Shown here: piece after piece, positions 17,360 through 25,870 of the stretch
Layout: each line of letters begins with the position of its first letter
Position numbering within the stretch: the stretch's first letter is position 1
NCBI GenBank assembly: GCA_963840455.1
Contig: CAWIYV010000001.1
Coordinates: 256,001 to 320,000 of the forward strand
DNA length: 64,000 bases
Source of the DNA: Nitrospirota bacterium
GTDB taxonomy: Bacteria; Nitrospirota; UBA9217
Reading direction: 5' to 3'
Program-made: the position numbers and the translations under genes
The notes under the pieces: generated by a model
Told to the model about the DNA's origin: nothing
What the model saw: only the letters and a program-made list of their open reading frames with translations
Database searches by the model: none

Positions 17360-17421
17360 CCGGCCGCAACGAGCAGTGCGCAACCTTAAACGTCGAGCAT
17401 CGAGGTGCAGTGATCCTATAT

Positions 17422-18804
17422 CTATGTTCCCCTACTGACGATCTCTCTAGCCGCAACAACTCCTGATACCGATGATTGGATCAGCCCCCGCGTGACGCCC
17501 GCCCCATCGCCGACTGCATAGAGGTTCTGTATCTCGGTCTCCAGCACCTTCGTGAGCTTCAACCGCATTGAATAATACTTCACCTCCACACCATACAACA
17601 GCGTGTCCCCGGAGTTCACGCCCGGCGCCACGTTGTCCAGGACCTCAAGCATCTCCAGGATCGCCGCAAGGTGGCGGTACGGGAGCACGAAGCTCAGATC
17701 GCCTGGGGTCGCGTCCCCGAGCGTGGGCCGGACCGACCCTTCGACGATGCGTTCCGGCGTGGAGCGCCTGCCCATCTTGAGGTCGCCCAGCCGCTGGACC
17801 AGCACGCCGCCGCTCAGCAGGTTCGCGAGCCCGGCGATGTACTTTCCGTAGGTAATTGGCTCATGAAAGGGCTTGGTGAAGTCGGTGCTCACGAGCAAGG
17901 CGAAGTTGGTGTTCCCGGTCCGCTGGTCCTTGTAGCTGTGGCCGTTGACGCTGAACACACCGTCACTGTTCTCCCGCACCACCTCGCCGTAAGGGTTCAT
18001 GCAGAAGGTCCTGATGCGGTCATGGAATTTCTTCGTGGTGTACAGGAACTTTGCCTCGTAGGTGATGTCCGTGATGTCCTTCATGATTAACGCGGGCAGT
18101 TCCACGCGGACGCCGATGTCCACGGGATTGGTCTGGAGCGATAGGCCGAGCCGCTTCGCCTCCCCGGAGAGCCATGACGATCCGTCCCTGCCCACGGCAA
18201 GGATGACTGCGTGCGCTTCATAGCGCTTTCCGTCCCCCGTCACCACGCCCGTCGCCGCTCCTCCCTCCGCGATGACCTGTGCGACCGGTGTGTTGAACAG
18301 CACGGTCACTTTTCCTTCGAGATGGCCGCGGATGTTCTTCAAGACCTCTTTGCAGAGGTCCGTGCCGATATGCCTGATGCGCGCCGGGACCAGTTCGAGA
18401 TCGTAGCTCCGGGCCTTCCTCCGGAGCCGCTCCACGGCCTCCCTGTCTTCGCCATGGATATCCTTGCCCGCTCCGTACTGGCGATAGACCGCATCGACAT
18501 GCTCGATCAGCTGTTCCAGATCCCCGGCCTGCAGGTACTCCCCCAGCCAGCCGCCGAACGCCGAGGTGAGGGTGAGCTTGCCGTCGCTGTACGCGCCCGC
18601 GCCGCCCCAGCCGCAGAGGATGCCGCAGAGCTCGCACTGGGCGCAGGGCATGTCCGCGTCATGCATGGGACAGGACCGGGCCTCGATATCGCTGCCCTTC
18701 TCGATCATCAGGACCCGCGTCCCGCTCTGCTTCACCAGTTCCAGCGCGGCGAAGATGCCGGCAGGACCGGTCCCGATAATGATGACGTCGTACCGTTCGC
18801 TCAT
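17422..18804 (-). CDS. NAD(P)/FAD-dependent oxidoreductase (uncharacterised FAD dehydrogenase family)
   Basis: GTGPAG, Cys-rich CPM..PCAQCELC, GWGGAGAYSDGKL, RTFCMNP, VNGHS, AVGDGAG. Confidence 0.88.
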   Translation of the reverse strand: MSERYDVIIIGTGPAGIFAALELVKQSGTRVLMIEKGSDIEARSCPMHDADMPCAQCELCGILCGWGGAGAYSDGKLTLTSAFGGWLGEYLQAGDLEQLIEHVDAVYRQYGAGKDIHGEDREAVERLRRKARSYDLELVPARIRHIGTDLCKEVLKNIRGHLEGKVTVLFNTPVAQVIAEGGAATGVVTGDGKRYEAHAVILAVGRDGSSWLSGEAKRLGLSLQTNPVDIGVRVELPALIMKDITDITYEAKFLYTTKKFHDRIRTFCMNPYGEVVRENSDGVFSVNGHSYKDQRTGNTNFALLVSTDFTKPFHEPITYGKYIAGLANLLSGGVLVQRLGDLKMGRRSTPERIVEGSVRPTLGDATPGDLSFVLPYRHLAAILEMLEVLDNVAPGVNSGDTLLYGVEVKYYSMRLKLTKVLETEIQNLYAVGDGAGVTRGLIQSSVSGVVAAREIVSRGT

Positions 18805-18903
18805 AGGTTCATCCGAAACAAAGAAAGCCTCCGTCACGACGAACGCAGGCTGATAAGACGTTTGCCGGGGACCTCACTGCACCAATCCGGCGAAATTGGC
18901 GCA

Positions 18904-19713
18904 TCAGGAAACCACGATACCGGCATACCCAACCACTTGGTCGTAGTCACCGCTCACCTCGCCTGAGTTCGTGTACTTGATGAGCTCAGCTTTCTTCGCA
19001 CCGAGCGCTTTGCAGGCAGTGAGCATGGCGACTGCGGGCCCATACCCGCACATGGTGATGTCCTCGTCGCGGACCGTATAGTAAAGCCCCTGCGCGTCCA
19101 GGTCAAGAATGCGCTGGATCGCCTTGTGGTCCTTCTTCTTCGCCGCTTCGGCGGATATGTAGTGGCTCATGTCCGAGCTCGCCACGATCAGCACGCCTGT
19201 CTTTCTCGCCTGTTCACGGACCGCGTCCGCCACCGCATTGCCCAGGGCGAGGCAGGTCTCCAGCCTCGTGTCCATCATCTGGATAGGAACGATCGTGAAC
19301 TCTTTCTTCAGAAACTGGATGAAGGGCAGCTGGACCTCGAGGGAATGTTCCTTCAGGTGGGCAAGCGTGTCCTCACGGACAAGGCGGGACCGGGACAGGA
19401 TGGCAGCCGCGAGCCCTTCATCGATCTGCACCGTCCCGAGGGGGGTCTCCCACTCGCCCTTTGCCATGAGCGAGACCGGCTCGCCCAGGCCCGTGTGATT
19501 GGGGCCGATCAGGATGAACGTGCCGGGCAGTTCGATGCTTGAGTAGACCGCGCCGGCAACGGAGCCGGAATACACGAGGCCGGCATGGGGAGAAACGATC
19601 CCGAGAGCCTTGATCTTCTTTGCCCGGGGGACCAGGAACCGTTCCACCTGGTCCATCAGGGCGGAGTACGAGCCCTGATAGAAATATCCCGCGACAGCCG
19701 CTTGACGATTCAT
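18904..19713 (-). CDS. amrB: AmmeMemoRadiSam system protein B (MEMO1 family)
   Basis: AVAGYFY, SPHAGLVYSG, GPNH, EHSLEVQLPF, ASSDMSHY, TMCG, VVGYA. Confidence 0.93.
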   Translation of the reverse strand: MNRQAAVAGYFYQGSYSALMDQVERFLVPRAKKIKALGIVSPHAGLVYSGSVAGAVYSSIELPGTFILIGPNHTGLGEPVSLMAKGEWETPLGTVQIDEGLAAAILSRSRLVREDTLAHLKEHSLEVQLPFIQFLKKEFTIVPIQMMDTRLETCLALGNAVADAVREQARKTGVLIVASSDMSHYISAEAAKKKDHKAIQRILDLDAQGLYYTVRDEDITMCGYGPAVAMLTACKALGAKKAELIKYTNSGEVSGDYDQVVGYAGIVVS

Positions 19714-19960
19714 AGGGGCCTCCCGCATTCAGTGCACAGGAAATAACGATGTAACAGGACATGGATGAACATGGATCAGCGCGGAGAAAGGCGCATATTT
19801 GGCCCCTCGTGATTTCCGGACCTCTCCGTACACGAGAAGGAGAACGCTGCATCATCCGTGTGTATCCCGGAACGACTGCGGCCGATTTTCTGGTCTCTCT
19901 CTGCCTTTTGTTTCTATTATATCATGAAGGATCATCCGGATAGCACCCTGGAGAGACAAC

Positions 19961-19992
19961 AAAAAGCCTGTCAGATCGTCCTGACAGGCTCC
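19961..19992 (-). terminator. Intrinsic terminator after the cNMP-binding genes
   Basis: - strand: ggagcctgtcag-gacgat-ctgacaggct-tttt. Confidence 0.7.
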
Positions 19993-20027
19993 TTGCATTC
20001 ACTGCTCTGAAAATAGGCCCCGGGAGA

Positions 20028-20822
20028 TCACTCCACGGACTTGCTGATGACCGTCTCGATGGTGCCCTTGAGCCGCATCTCGGAGTACTTTTGCAGAACT
20101 TCGCGGACGCGGGGATGTTTTTCGAGGAGGGCGGCCAGCTTGTCCTCGGTCATTTCCAGGACCGTGGTGTCTTCGAGGGTCTCGATCGTGGCGGTGCGGG
20201 GCTTGCCGGTGAGGAACGATATCTCGCCGAAGAACTCGCTGGGCCAGAGCTTGGCCAGTTCCACGACCTCGCCTGACAGCATGGTCGTGTAGACCTTGAC
20301 GGAACCGTTGGCGATGATATACACGGATTTGCCCTTGTCCCCTTCGCGCACGATGACCTCGCCGGGACCATGGGTGTGCACGTTCATGAGCTTGGTGAAC
20401 TCCTCGAACTCGCCCTGCGTGAACCCTGCAAAGAGCGGAATGGCGCTGTTCGCCGGCTTCTGTTTGCCTGCCTCCACCGGTTCGGCCTTCTTCTCGGCGA
20501 TGGTCTTATTGGAATGGAGCGCGGCCATGCGGTTCTGCGCGCGCTTGTGCTGGGGGTCGATGCGGAGCGCCAGCTTATACTGCGCAAGGGCCTTCACCAC
20601 GGCGCCTGTCTCGGCATAGAGGTCCGCCGCATAGACATATTCACGGACCGCCTCGGGCTTCGAGTTCAGCTTCTGGTAGGCATCGCCCATACGGACCCTG
20701 ATGATGGGGTCCGGGTTCAGGGCAAAGAGCTTCTCCATCTCGGCGACGGCTTCCTTCCACTTGCCCTTGCCCAGGTTGTTCTGGATGCTGTCGATCAGCT
20801 GCGCTTTGTTCTCAGCGGCCAT
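20028..20822 (-). CDS. TPR + cyclic nucleotide-binding domain protein (paralog 2)
   Basis: TPR-like helices, then IVREGDKG...FFGEISFLTGKPRTAT. Confidence 0.9.
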   Translation of the reverse strand: MAAENKAQLIDSIQNNLGKGKWKEAVAEMEKLFALNPDPIIRVRMGDAYQKLNSKPEAVREYVYAADLYAETGAVVKALAQYKLALRIDPQHKRAQNRMAALHSNKTIAEKKAEPVEAGKQKPANSAIPLFAGFTQGEFEEFTKLMNVHTHGPGEVIVREGDKGKSVYIIANGSVKVYTTMLSGEVVELAKLWPSEFFGEISFLTGKPRTATIETLEDTTVLEMTEDKLAALLEKHPRVREVLQKYSEMRLKGTIETVISKSVE

Positions 20823-20916
20823 TGTCGCCTCCGGACGATGCTTTGAGATCTCTTTGCAAGCATTAACGCCTTACGCCTTATCCCCAATCCGGACAAACCG
20901 GAACCAACACCTTGGA

Positions 20917-21017
20917 ACCGCAAAGGCGCGAAGAACGCCAAGGAAGGCAAAAGATTGTTCCTTATTCAAAAAACAAAGATTTAAAGATTTTCTTCGCGCC
21001 CTTCGCGCCTTCGCGGT
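20917..21017. repeat. Inverted pair of 9-bp-period arrays (CGCGAAG-based), no cargo
   Basis: accgcaaaggcgcgaagaacgccaagg ... tcttcgcgcccttcgcgccttcgcggt. Confidence 0.8.
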
Positions 21018-21086
21018 AAGAATTTTCTTCCCCTTTTGGGAAGAATCTGGCTATCAACTGACTAACCCCTTACGGTTTCTCTCTTA

Positions 21087-21869
21087 TCAGCCTATCCCCT
21101 TCAGTTTCAGGAGCGTGCTGGCCACCCGCTGGTTATAGTAGTTCTGCATGACCTCGCGGATCCGGGGCTTCGAACCGATCAGCTCCTTGAGCTGGTCCTC
21201 GTGTACTTCGAGGATGTCGCATTCCTCGGCCGAGATGACGGTCGCGGTGCGCGGCTTGCCGGTCAGGAACGCGATCTCGCCGAAGAAATCGCTGGGCTGG
21301 AGCACCGCCAGTTCGACCGGCTTGCCTTCCATGGTGGTGACGACCCGAACGGTGCCCCGCGTGACCACGAAGACCGATGCCCCGGCCTCGCCCTCCTTGA
21401 TGATGGTCTTGCCCGCTGGAACGGTATGGAACACCATCCGTTTCGTGAAGTCGTTGAACTCCTCCTGCGTCAGGTCCGCGAAAAGCGGCACGATGCTGCT
21501 CTGGGGCGCCACTTCGCCGAGTTCCACGGGCTCGAGCTTCAGTTCGGTAACGGTCTTATGGGAATGGAGCGAGGCCATCTGCCCCAGGGCCTTGTCGCTG
21601 CTCGGATCCAGCCGGAGGACCAGCTTGTACATGGCCAGGGCCTTGACCACGAATCCCTTGTCCGCGAAGATCTCGGCGGCCTTCATATACTCGGCGACGG
21701 CCTGCGGTTTCTGGTTCATCTTCTGCCGGACGTCCCCCATCCGGACCTTGACCTGCGGGTCCTGGTCGATGGCAAAAAGCTTTTCCAGGTCGGCGATGGC
21801 GTTCTTCCAGTCGCTCTTCTGGATGTATGTTTGCACGTTCTCGGTGAGCTGCGCTTTTGCGGAAGCCAA
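21087..21869 (-). CDS. TPR + cyclic nucleotide-binding domain protein (paralog 1)
   Basis: TTG start at 21869 after GGAGG; collinear with 20028-20822; FFGEIAFLTGKPRTAT. Confidence 0.88.
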   Translation of the reverse strand: MASAKAQLTENVQTYIQKSDWKNAIADLEKLFAIDQDPQVKVRMGDVRQKMNQKPQAVAEYMKAAEIFADKGFVVKALAMYKLVLRLDPSSDKALGQMASLHSHKTVTELKLEPVELGEVAPQSSIVPLFADLTQEEFNDFTKRMVFHTVPAGKTIIKEGEAGASVFVVTRGTVRVVTTMEGKPVELAVLQPSDFFGEIAFLTGKPRTATVISAEECDILEVHEDQLKELIGSKPRIREVMQNYYNQRVASTLLKLKGIG

Positions 21870-21952
21870 AGGATCCTCCTGCGTGAGTTCGGGATCAGGT
21901 GCGGCCGGTGAGGAACGGCCACGGTCGCTAGTATAGCCTATTTTCGGAAAAT

Positions 21953-23335
21953 CTAAAAGCTTCTCTTTTCCGAGTTCTCGAACCTCGTGAACTTGTTGAT
22001 GTAGGTCAGGTCCACGATTCCCGTCGGGCCGTTCCGCTGTTTGCCGATGATGACCTCGGCCTTGCCGCGCTGCCCGCAGATGCAATCCCCGTCGGGGACG
22101 CAGGTGCACTTGTTGTAGACCTCGTCCCGGTAGATGAACAGGATGACGTCCGCGTCCTGTTCGATGGCGCCGGACTCGCGCAGGTCCGCCAGCATGGGCC
22201 GCTTGTCCTTGCCCCGCGTCTCCACGGCGCGGTTGAGCTGCGACAGCGCGATGATCGGGACCTTGAGCTCTTTCGCCAGCGCCTTGAGCGAGCGGGAGAT
22301 GTTGGAGATCTCCTGCTCCCGGCTGTCCTCCCCCCTGCCGCGCATGAGCTGGAGGTAGTCCACGATGATCAGGTCGAGCCCCTTGTCCGCCTTGAGCCGC
22401 CGCGCCTTGGAGCGCATCTCCAGGACGCCGATGGCGCCCGTGTCGTCGATGTAGATCGGCGACTCGGCAAGCAGGCCCGTTGCGTTCGCGATCCGTCCGA
22501 AGTCCGTCTCGGCAAGGAATCCCCGCCGGAGCTTGTGCGCGTCGATGCGCGCCTCGGAGCAGATCAGCCGGAGGCCCAGCTGCTCCTTGGACATCTCGAG
22601 GCTGAACATGGCGACGGTCTTGTTGTCCTTGAGTGCGCAGTGCGCGGCGACGTTCAGGCAAAACGCGGTCTTTCCCATGGACGGGCGGCCGGCCACGATG
22701 ATGAGGTCGCTGGGCTGAAGGCCCGAGGTCATGTTGTCGAGGTCCACGAAGCCCGTCGGGATCCCCGTGATCAGCTCCTTGCGCTCGTACAGGTTCCCGA
22801 TGGCCTCGAAGCTGGTGTGCATCAGGGCCCGCATGGGCGTGAACGGCTCGGTCATCTTCTTATCGGAGATCTCAAGGATGGAATGCTGCGCCTGGTCGAT
22901 GAGCAGGTCGATCTTGACCGCCTCCGGCGAGTCGTCATAGCTCCGGGTGATGATGTTCGTCGAGGCGTGGATCAGCTGGCGGAGCACCGATTTGTCCCGC
23001 ACGATCCGGGCGTGGTACTTCACGTTCGCCGCCGTGGGCACGAGGCTCACCAGCGTGGAGAGGTAGGACGCGCCCCCCACCTTGTCGATGGCCCCGCCGT
23101 GGCGCAGGGTGTCGGTGAGGGTGACGAGGTCGATCGCGTCGCGGCGCTCGGACATGTCGAGCATGGCGGTAAAAATCCGACGATGGGAATCTTTATAAAA
23201 ATCCTCGGGAACGAGGATGTCGCTGACGTTCTCCATCGCGCTGTTCTCGATCAGGATGGCGCCGAGGACCATCTGTTCGGCCTCGATGTTCTGCGGGGGG
23301 AGCTTCTGGAGCGAGACCTCTTCCTGGAGGGCCAT
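21953..23335 (-). CDS. dnaB: Replicative DNA helicase
   Basis: PPQNIEAEQMVLG, GRPSMGKT, IVDYLQL, LSQLNR, DLRESGAIEQDAD, KQRNGP. Confidence 0.98.
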   Translation of the reverse strand: MALQEEVSLQKLPPQNIEAEQMVLGAILIENSAMENVSDILVPEDFYKDSHRRIFTAMLDMSERRDAIDLVTLTDTLRHGGAIDKVGGASYLSTLVSLVPTAANVKYHARIVRDKSVLRQLIHASTNIITRSYDDSPEAVKIDLLIDQAQHSILEISDKKMTEPFTPMRALMHTSFEAIGNLYERKELITGIPTGFVDLDNMTSGLQPSDLIIVAGRPSMGKTAFCLNVAAHCALKDNKTVAMFSLEMSKEQLGLRLICSEARIDAHKLRRGFLAETDFGRIANATGLLAESPIYIDDTGAIGVLEMRSKARRLKADKGLDLIIVDYLQLMRGRGEDSREQEISNISRSLKALAKELKVPIIALSQLNRAVETRGKDKRPMLADLRESGAIEQDADVILFIYRDEVYNKCTCVPDGDCICGQRGKAEVIIGKQRNGPTGIVDLTYINKFTRFENSEKRSF

Positions 23336-23376
23336 GGCTTTACCTCTTGATATACAACGGATTCGGACGAAAAAAA

Positions 23377-23440
23377 AGGAGCCGGAGATCAGGAGCCGGG
23401 AGAAATTTCCCTGACCCTGACCCCTGGCTCCTGATCCTGG
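23377..23440. repeat. Inverted pair of 7-bp-period arrays between rplI and dnaB
   Basis: aggagccggagatcaggagccggg-agaaatt-tccctgaccctgacccctggctcctgatcctgg. Confidence 0.75.
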
Positions 23441-23452
23441 TTCGTGCTGTTC

Positions 23453-23899
23453 TTATTCTGCGGCGATGACCGATACCTTGAGGTCCGCCACCACGTCGGT
23501 ATGGAGCTTCACCGGCACGGTGTAGTCGCCGGTCCGCTTGATCGGCTCTTCCAGCATGATCTTGCGCTTGTCGATGGCAACGCCCTGCGCCTGCATGGCA
23601 TCGGCGATGTCCATGGTCGTCACGGAGCCGAAGAGCTTGCCTTCCTCGCCCACCTTGGCCTTGATGGTGATGGCAAGGGACTTGATCCGGTCCGCGTCCG
23701 CGGACGCCGTCTTCTTGAGCGTCCTGATGCGGTCGGACACCATCTTCTTGGCGTGTTCCATGGACTTGACGTTCTTCGGGGTGGCTTCGATGGCCTTCTT
23801 CGAAGGGACCAGGAAGTTCCGGGCATAGCCGTCCTTCACCTTCACGAGGTCGCCGATCTTGCCCAGATTATCAACATCTTCACGTAATATGACCTGCAT
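23453..23899 (-). CDS. rplI: 50S ribosomal protein L9
   Basis: MQVILREDVDNLGKIGDLVKVKDGYARNFL, GKLFGSVT. Confidence 0.98.
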   Translation of the reverse strand: MQVILREDVDNLGKIGDLVKVKDGYARNFLVPSKKAIEATPKNVKSMEHAKKMVSDRIRTLKKTASADADRIKSLAITIKAKVGEEGKLFGSVTTMDIADAMQAQGVAIDKRKIMLEEPIKRTGDYTVPVKLHTDVVADLKVSVIAAE

Positions 23900-24009
23900 T
23901 GCTTGTGCAACTCCTTTCAGCGTTTGGTAGACGGTGATACTACCAGAAAGAGGGGTCGGGTGTCAACAGGGATTTGCATGGAGTATCAGCGGGTTATTTG
24001 GCATGGCGG

Positions 24010-25833
24010 TCAAGTGCCCTTCGCTCCATAGGACCGGATCTCTTCGAGAAACGCTCCGGCATAACGCTCCAGTTTTACATCCCCCACGCCTGAGATCATT
24101 CTCATCTCGGAAGCGGTCTTCGGGAAATGCACGCACATCTCATGAAGCGTTTTGTCCGAGAATATTACATAGGGCGGAACATGGTTGTCACCGGCGATCC
24201 TTTTCCTGATGACGCGCAGCCGCTCGAAGAGCACCTCGTCGTAGTGTCCGCCTTCTACGGTCTTCCTTCGCCGCTCTTTTGTTTTTGTCGCTTCACGCTT
24301 GAGCCCGAAGACCTCGCCCGTTCCCGTGAGCACGCCCGCCCCCTTGGGCGTGAGTTTCAGCACGGGGTAACGATCGCCGTCCTGCCGGATCAGCTCCTGG
24401 GCAAGGAGTTCGTCAACGATGAAGCGCCAGTGGTTCTTATCGTGAAGCCGTCCGGCGCCGAAGGTCTTGATCTCGTGATGGCCCAGTTCCCTGACGCGCT
24501 TGGTGTCCGCTCCCATGACGATGTCGATGATATGGACGATGCCGAAGCGCTCATTGGTCCTGGCCATGGCCGACATGAAGATCCGCGCATCGGTCGAAAT
24601 ATCAATGCGGTCTACGAAGCCGGTGCATACATCGCAGGCTTCGCAATTAGCTGCGAGGTAGGCTTCTCCGAAAAAGGAGAGGAGCTGCTTCCTTCTGCAT
24701 ACGTTATGGGACGCGAACCGCACAGTCTGGTTCAGCTTCTCCATGGCGATCCGGCGCTCTCCTTCGTTCTCCATCTTGTCGATGAAGTACCGTATCTTCG
24801 GAATATCGCCCCTGCTGAAAAAGAGCAGACAATGGGCCGGTTCGCCGTCCCGCCCCGCCCGACCCGTCTCCTGGTAGTATCCTTCGATGTGCCGGGGAAG
24901 ATCGGCGTGGACCACGAACCGGACGTTCGACTTGTCGATGCCCATGCCGAAGGCTATGGTTGCCACGATCACCGAGACCTCGTCCTTGTTAAAGGCCTCC
25001 TGGTTTCGTTCACGGACCTCCGTAGGCAGCCCTGCATGGTACGGCAGCGCCTTAATGCCGCGGGACTCAAGAAATTCCGCTGTCTCGTTGACCGCATCGC
25101 GGGTCGTCCGGTAGATGATCCCCGCTTCTCCCTCGTGGTCCTTCAGAAATTTCAGGAGCTGCTGCTCGACCTGCGACTTGGATTCCACCTGGTAGAAAAG
25201 ATTGGGCCGGTTGAACGAGGCGCGCACGGAATGGGGCGTCCTGAGCCCGATCTTGTTGATGATGTCCTGCTGGACCTTGTGCGTGGCCGTGGCGGTGAAG
25301 GCCGCAATGGGGACGTTGGGATAGAGCGCGGGAATAGCGGACAGGGCGAGGTAGTCGGGCCGGAAATCGTGGCCCCATTCGGAAATGCAGTGCGCCTCAT
25401 CTATGGCGAAAAGCGAAAGAGGAATTCCCTTCAGCATCTCGGTGAACTGCGGCATGGCAAACCGTTCCGGCGCGATGTACAGCAGTTTGACCTGCTTTTC
25501 TTTCAGCCGACGGTAGACGTCCGCGATCTCCTGCTGATCGAGCGAGCTGTTCATGAACACGGCCGCGATGCCGCTTTCCCTTGCAGCGTCGACCTGATCC
25601 TTCATCAGCGAGATGAGCGGGCTGATGACGATTGCCGTACCTTGCATCAGCAGGGCGGGCAACTGGTAGCACAGGGATTTGCCTCCCCCTGTAGGCATGA
25701 CCGCGAAGACGTCTTTCCCGTTCAGGACCTGCCTGATGATGGTCTCCTGATTCTGCCGGAACGATTCAAAACCGAACACGGTGCGGAGGACATCGCGTAC
25801 AGCGATATCACTGATGGGAGGTTGAAAGGACAT
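24010..25833 (-). CDS. recQ: ATP-dependent DNA helicase RecQ
   Basis: MPTGGGKSLCYQ, DEAHCISEWGHDFRP, QETGRAGRDG, Zn-binding CRR..CEACDVC, RQC and HRDC domains. Confidence 0.97.
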   Translation of the reverse strand: MSFQPPISDIAVRDVLRTVFGFESFRQNQETIIRQVLNGKDVFAVMPTGGGKSLCYQLPALLMQGTAIVISPLISLMKDQVDAARESGIAAVFMNSSLDQQEIADVYRRLKEKQVKLLYIAPERFAMPQFTEMLKGIPLSLFAIDEAHCISEWGHDFRPDYLALSAIPALYPNVPIAAFTATATHKVQQDIINKIGLRTPHSVRASFNRPNLFYQVESKSQVEQQLLKFLKDHEGEAGIIYRTTRDAVNETAEFLESRGIKALPYHAGLPTEVRERNQEAFNKDEVSVIVATIAFGMGIDKSNVRFVVHADLPRHIEGYYQETGRAGRDGEPAHCLLFFSRGDIPKIRYFIDKMENEGERRIAMEKLNQTVRFASHNVCRRKQLLSFFGEAYLAANCEACDVCTGFVDRIDISTDARIFMSAMARTNERFGIVHIIDIVMGADTKRVRELGHHEIKTFGAGRLHDKNHWRFIVDELLAQELIRQDGDRYPVLKLTPKGAGVLTGTGEVFGLKREATKTKERRRKTVEGGHYDEVLFERLRVIRKRIAGDNHVPPYVIFSDKTLHEMCVHFPKTASEMRMISGVGDVKLERYAGAFLEEIRSYGAKGT

Positions 25834-25870
25834 GAGCTTCAATGATCGGCGGATAGGGAGCACCCGTACG

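Noticed and set aside
18904-19713. Complete AmmeMemoRadiSam system
   Set aside because: Only protein B is present; dispersal of these genes is common.
21870-22661. Long N-terminal extension of the 524-aa cNMP ORF
   Set aside because: It overlaps dnaB out of frame; the GGAGG + TTG at 21869 and the paralog length define the true start.
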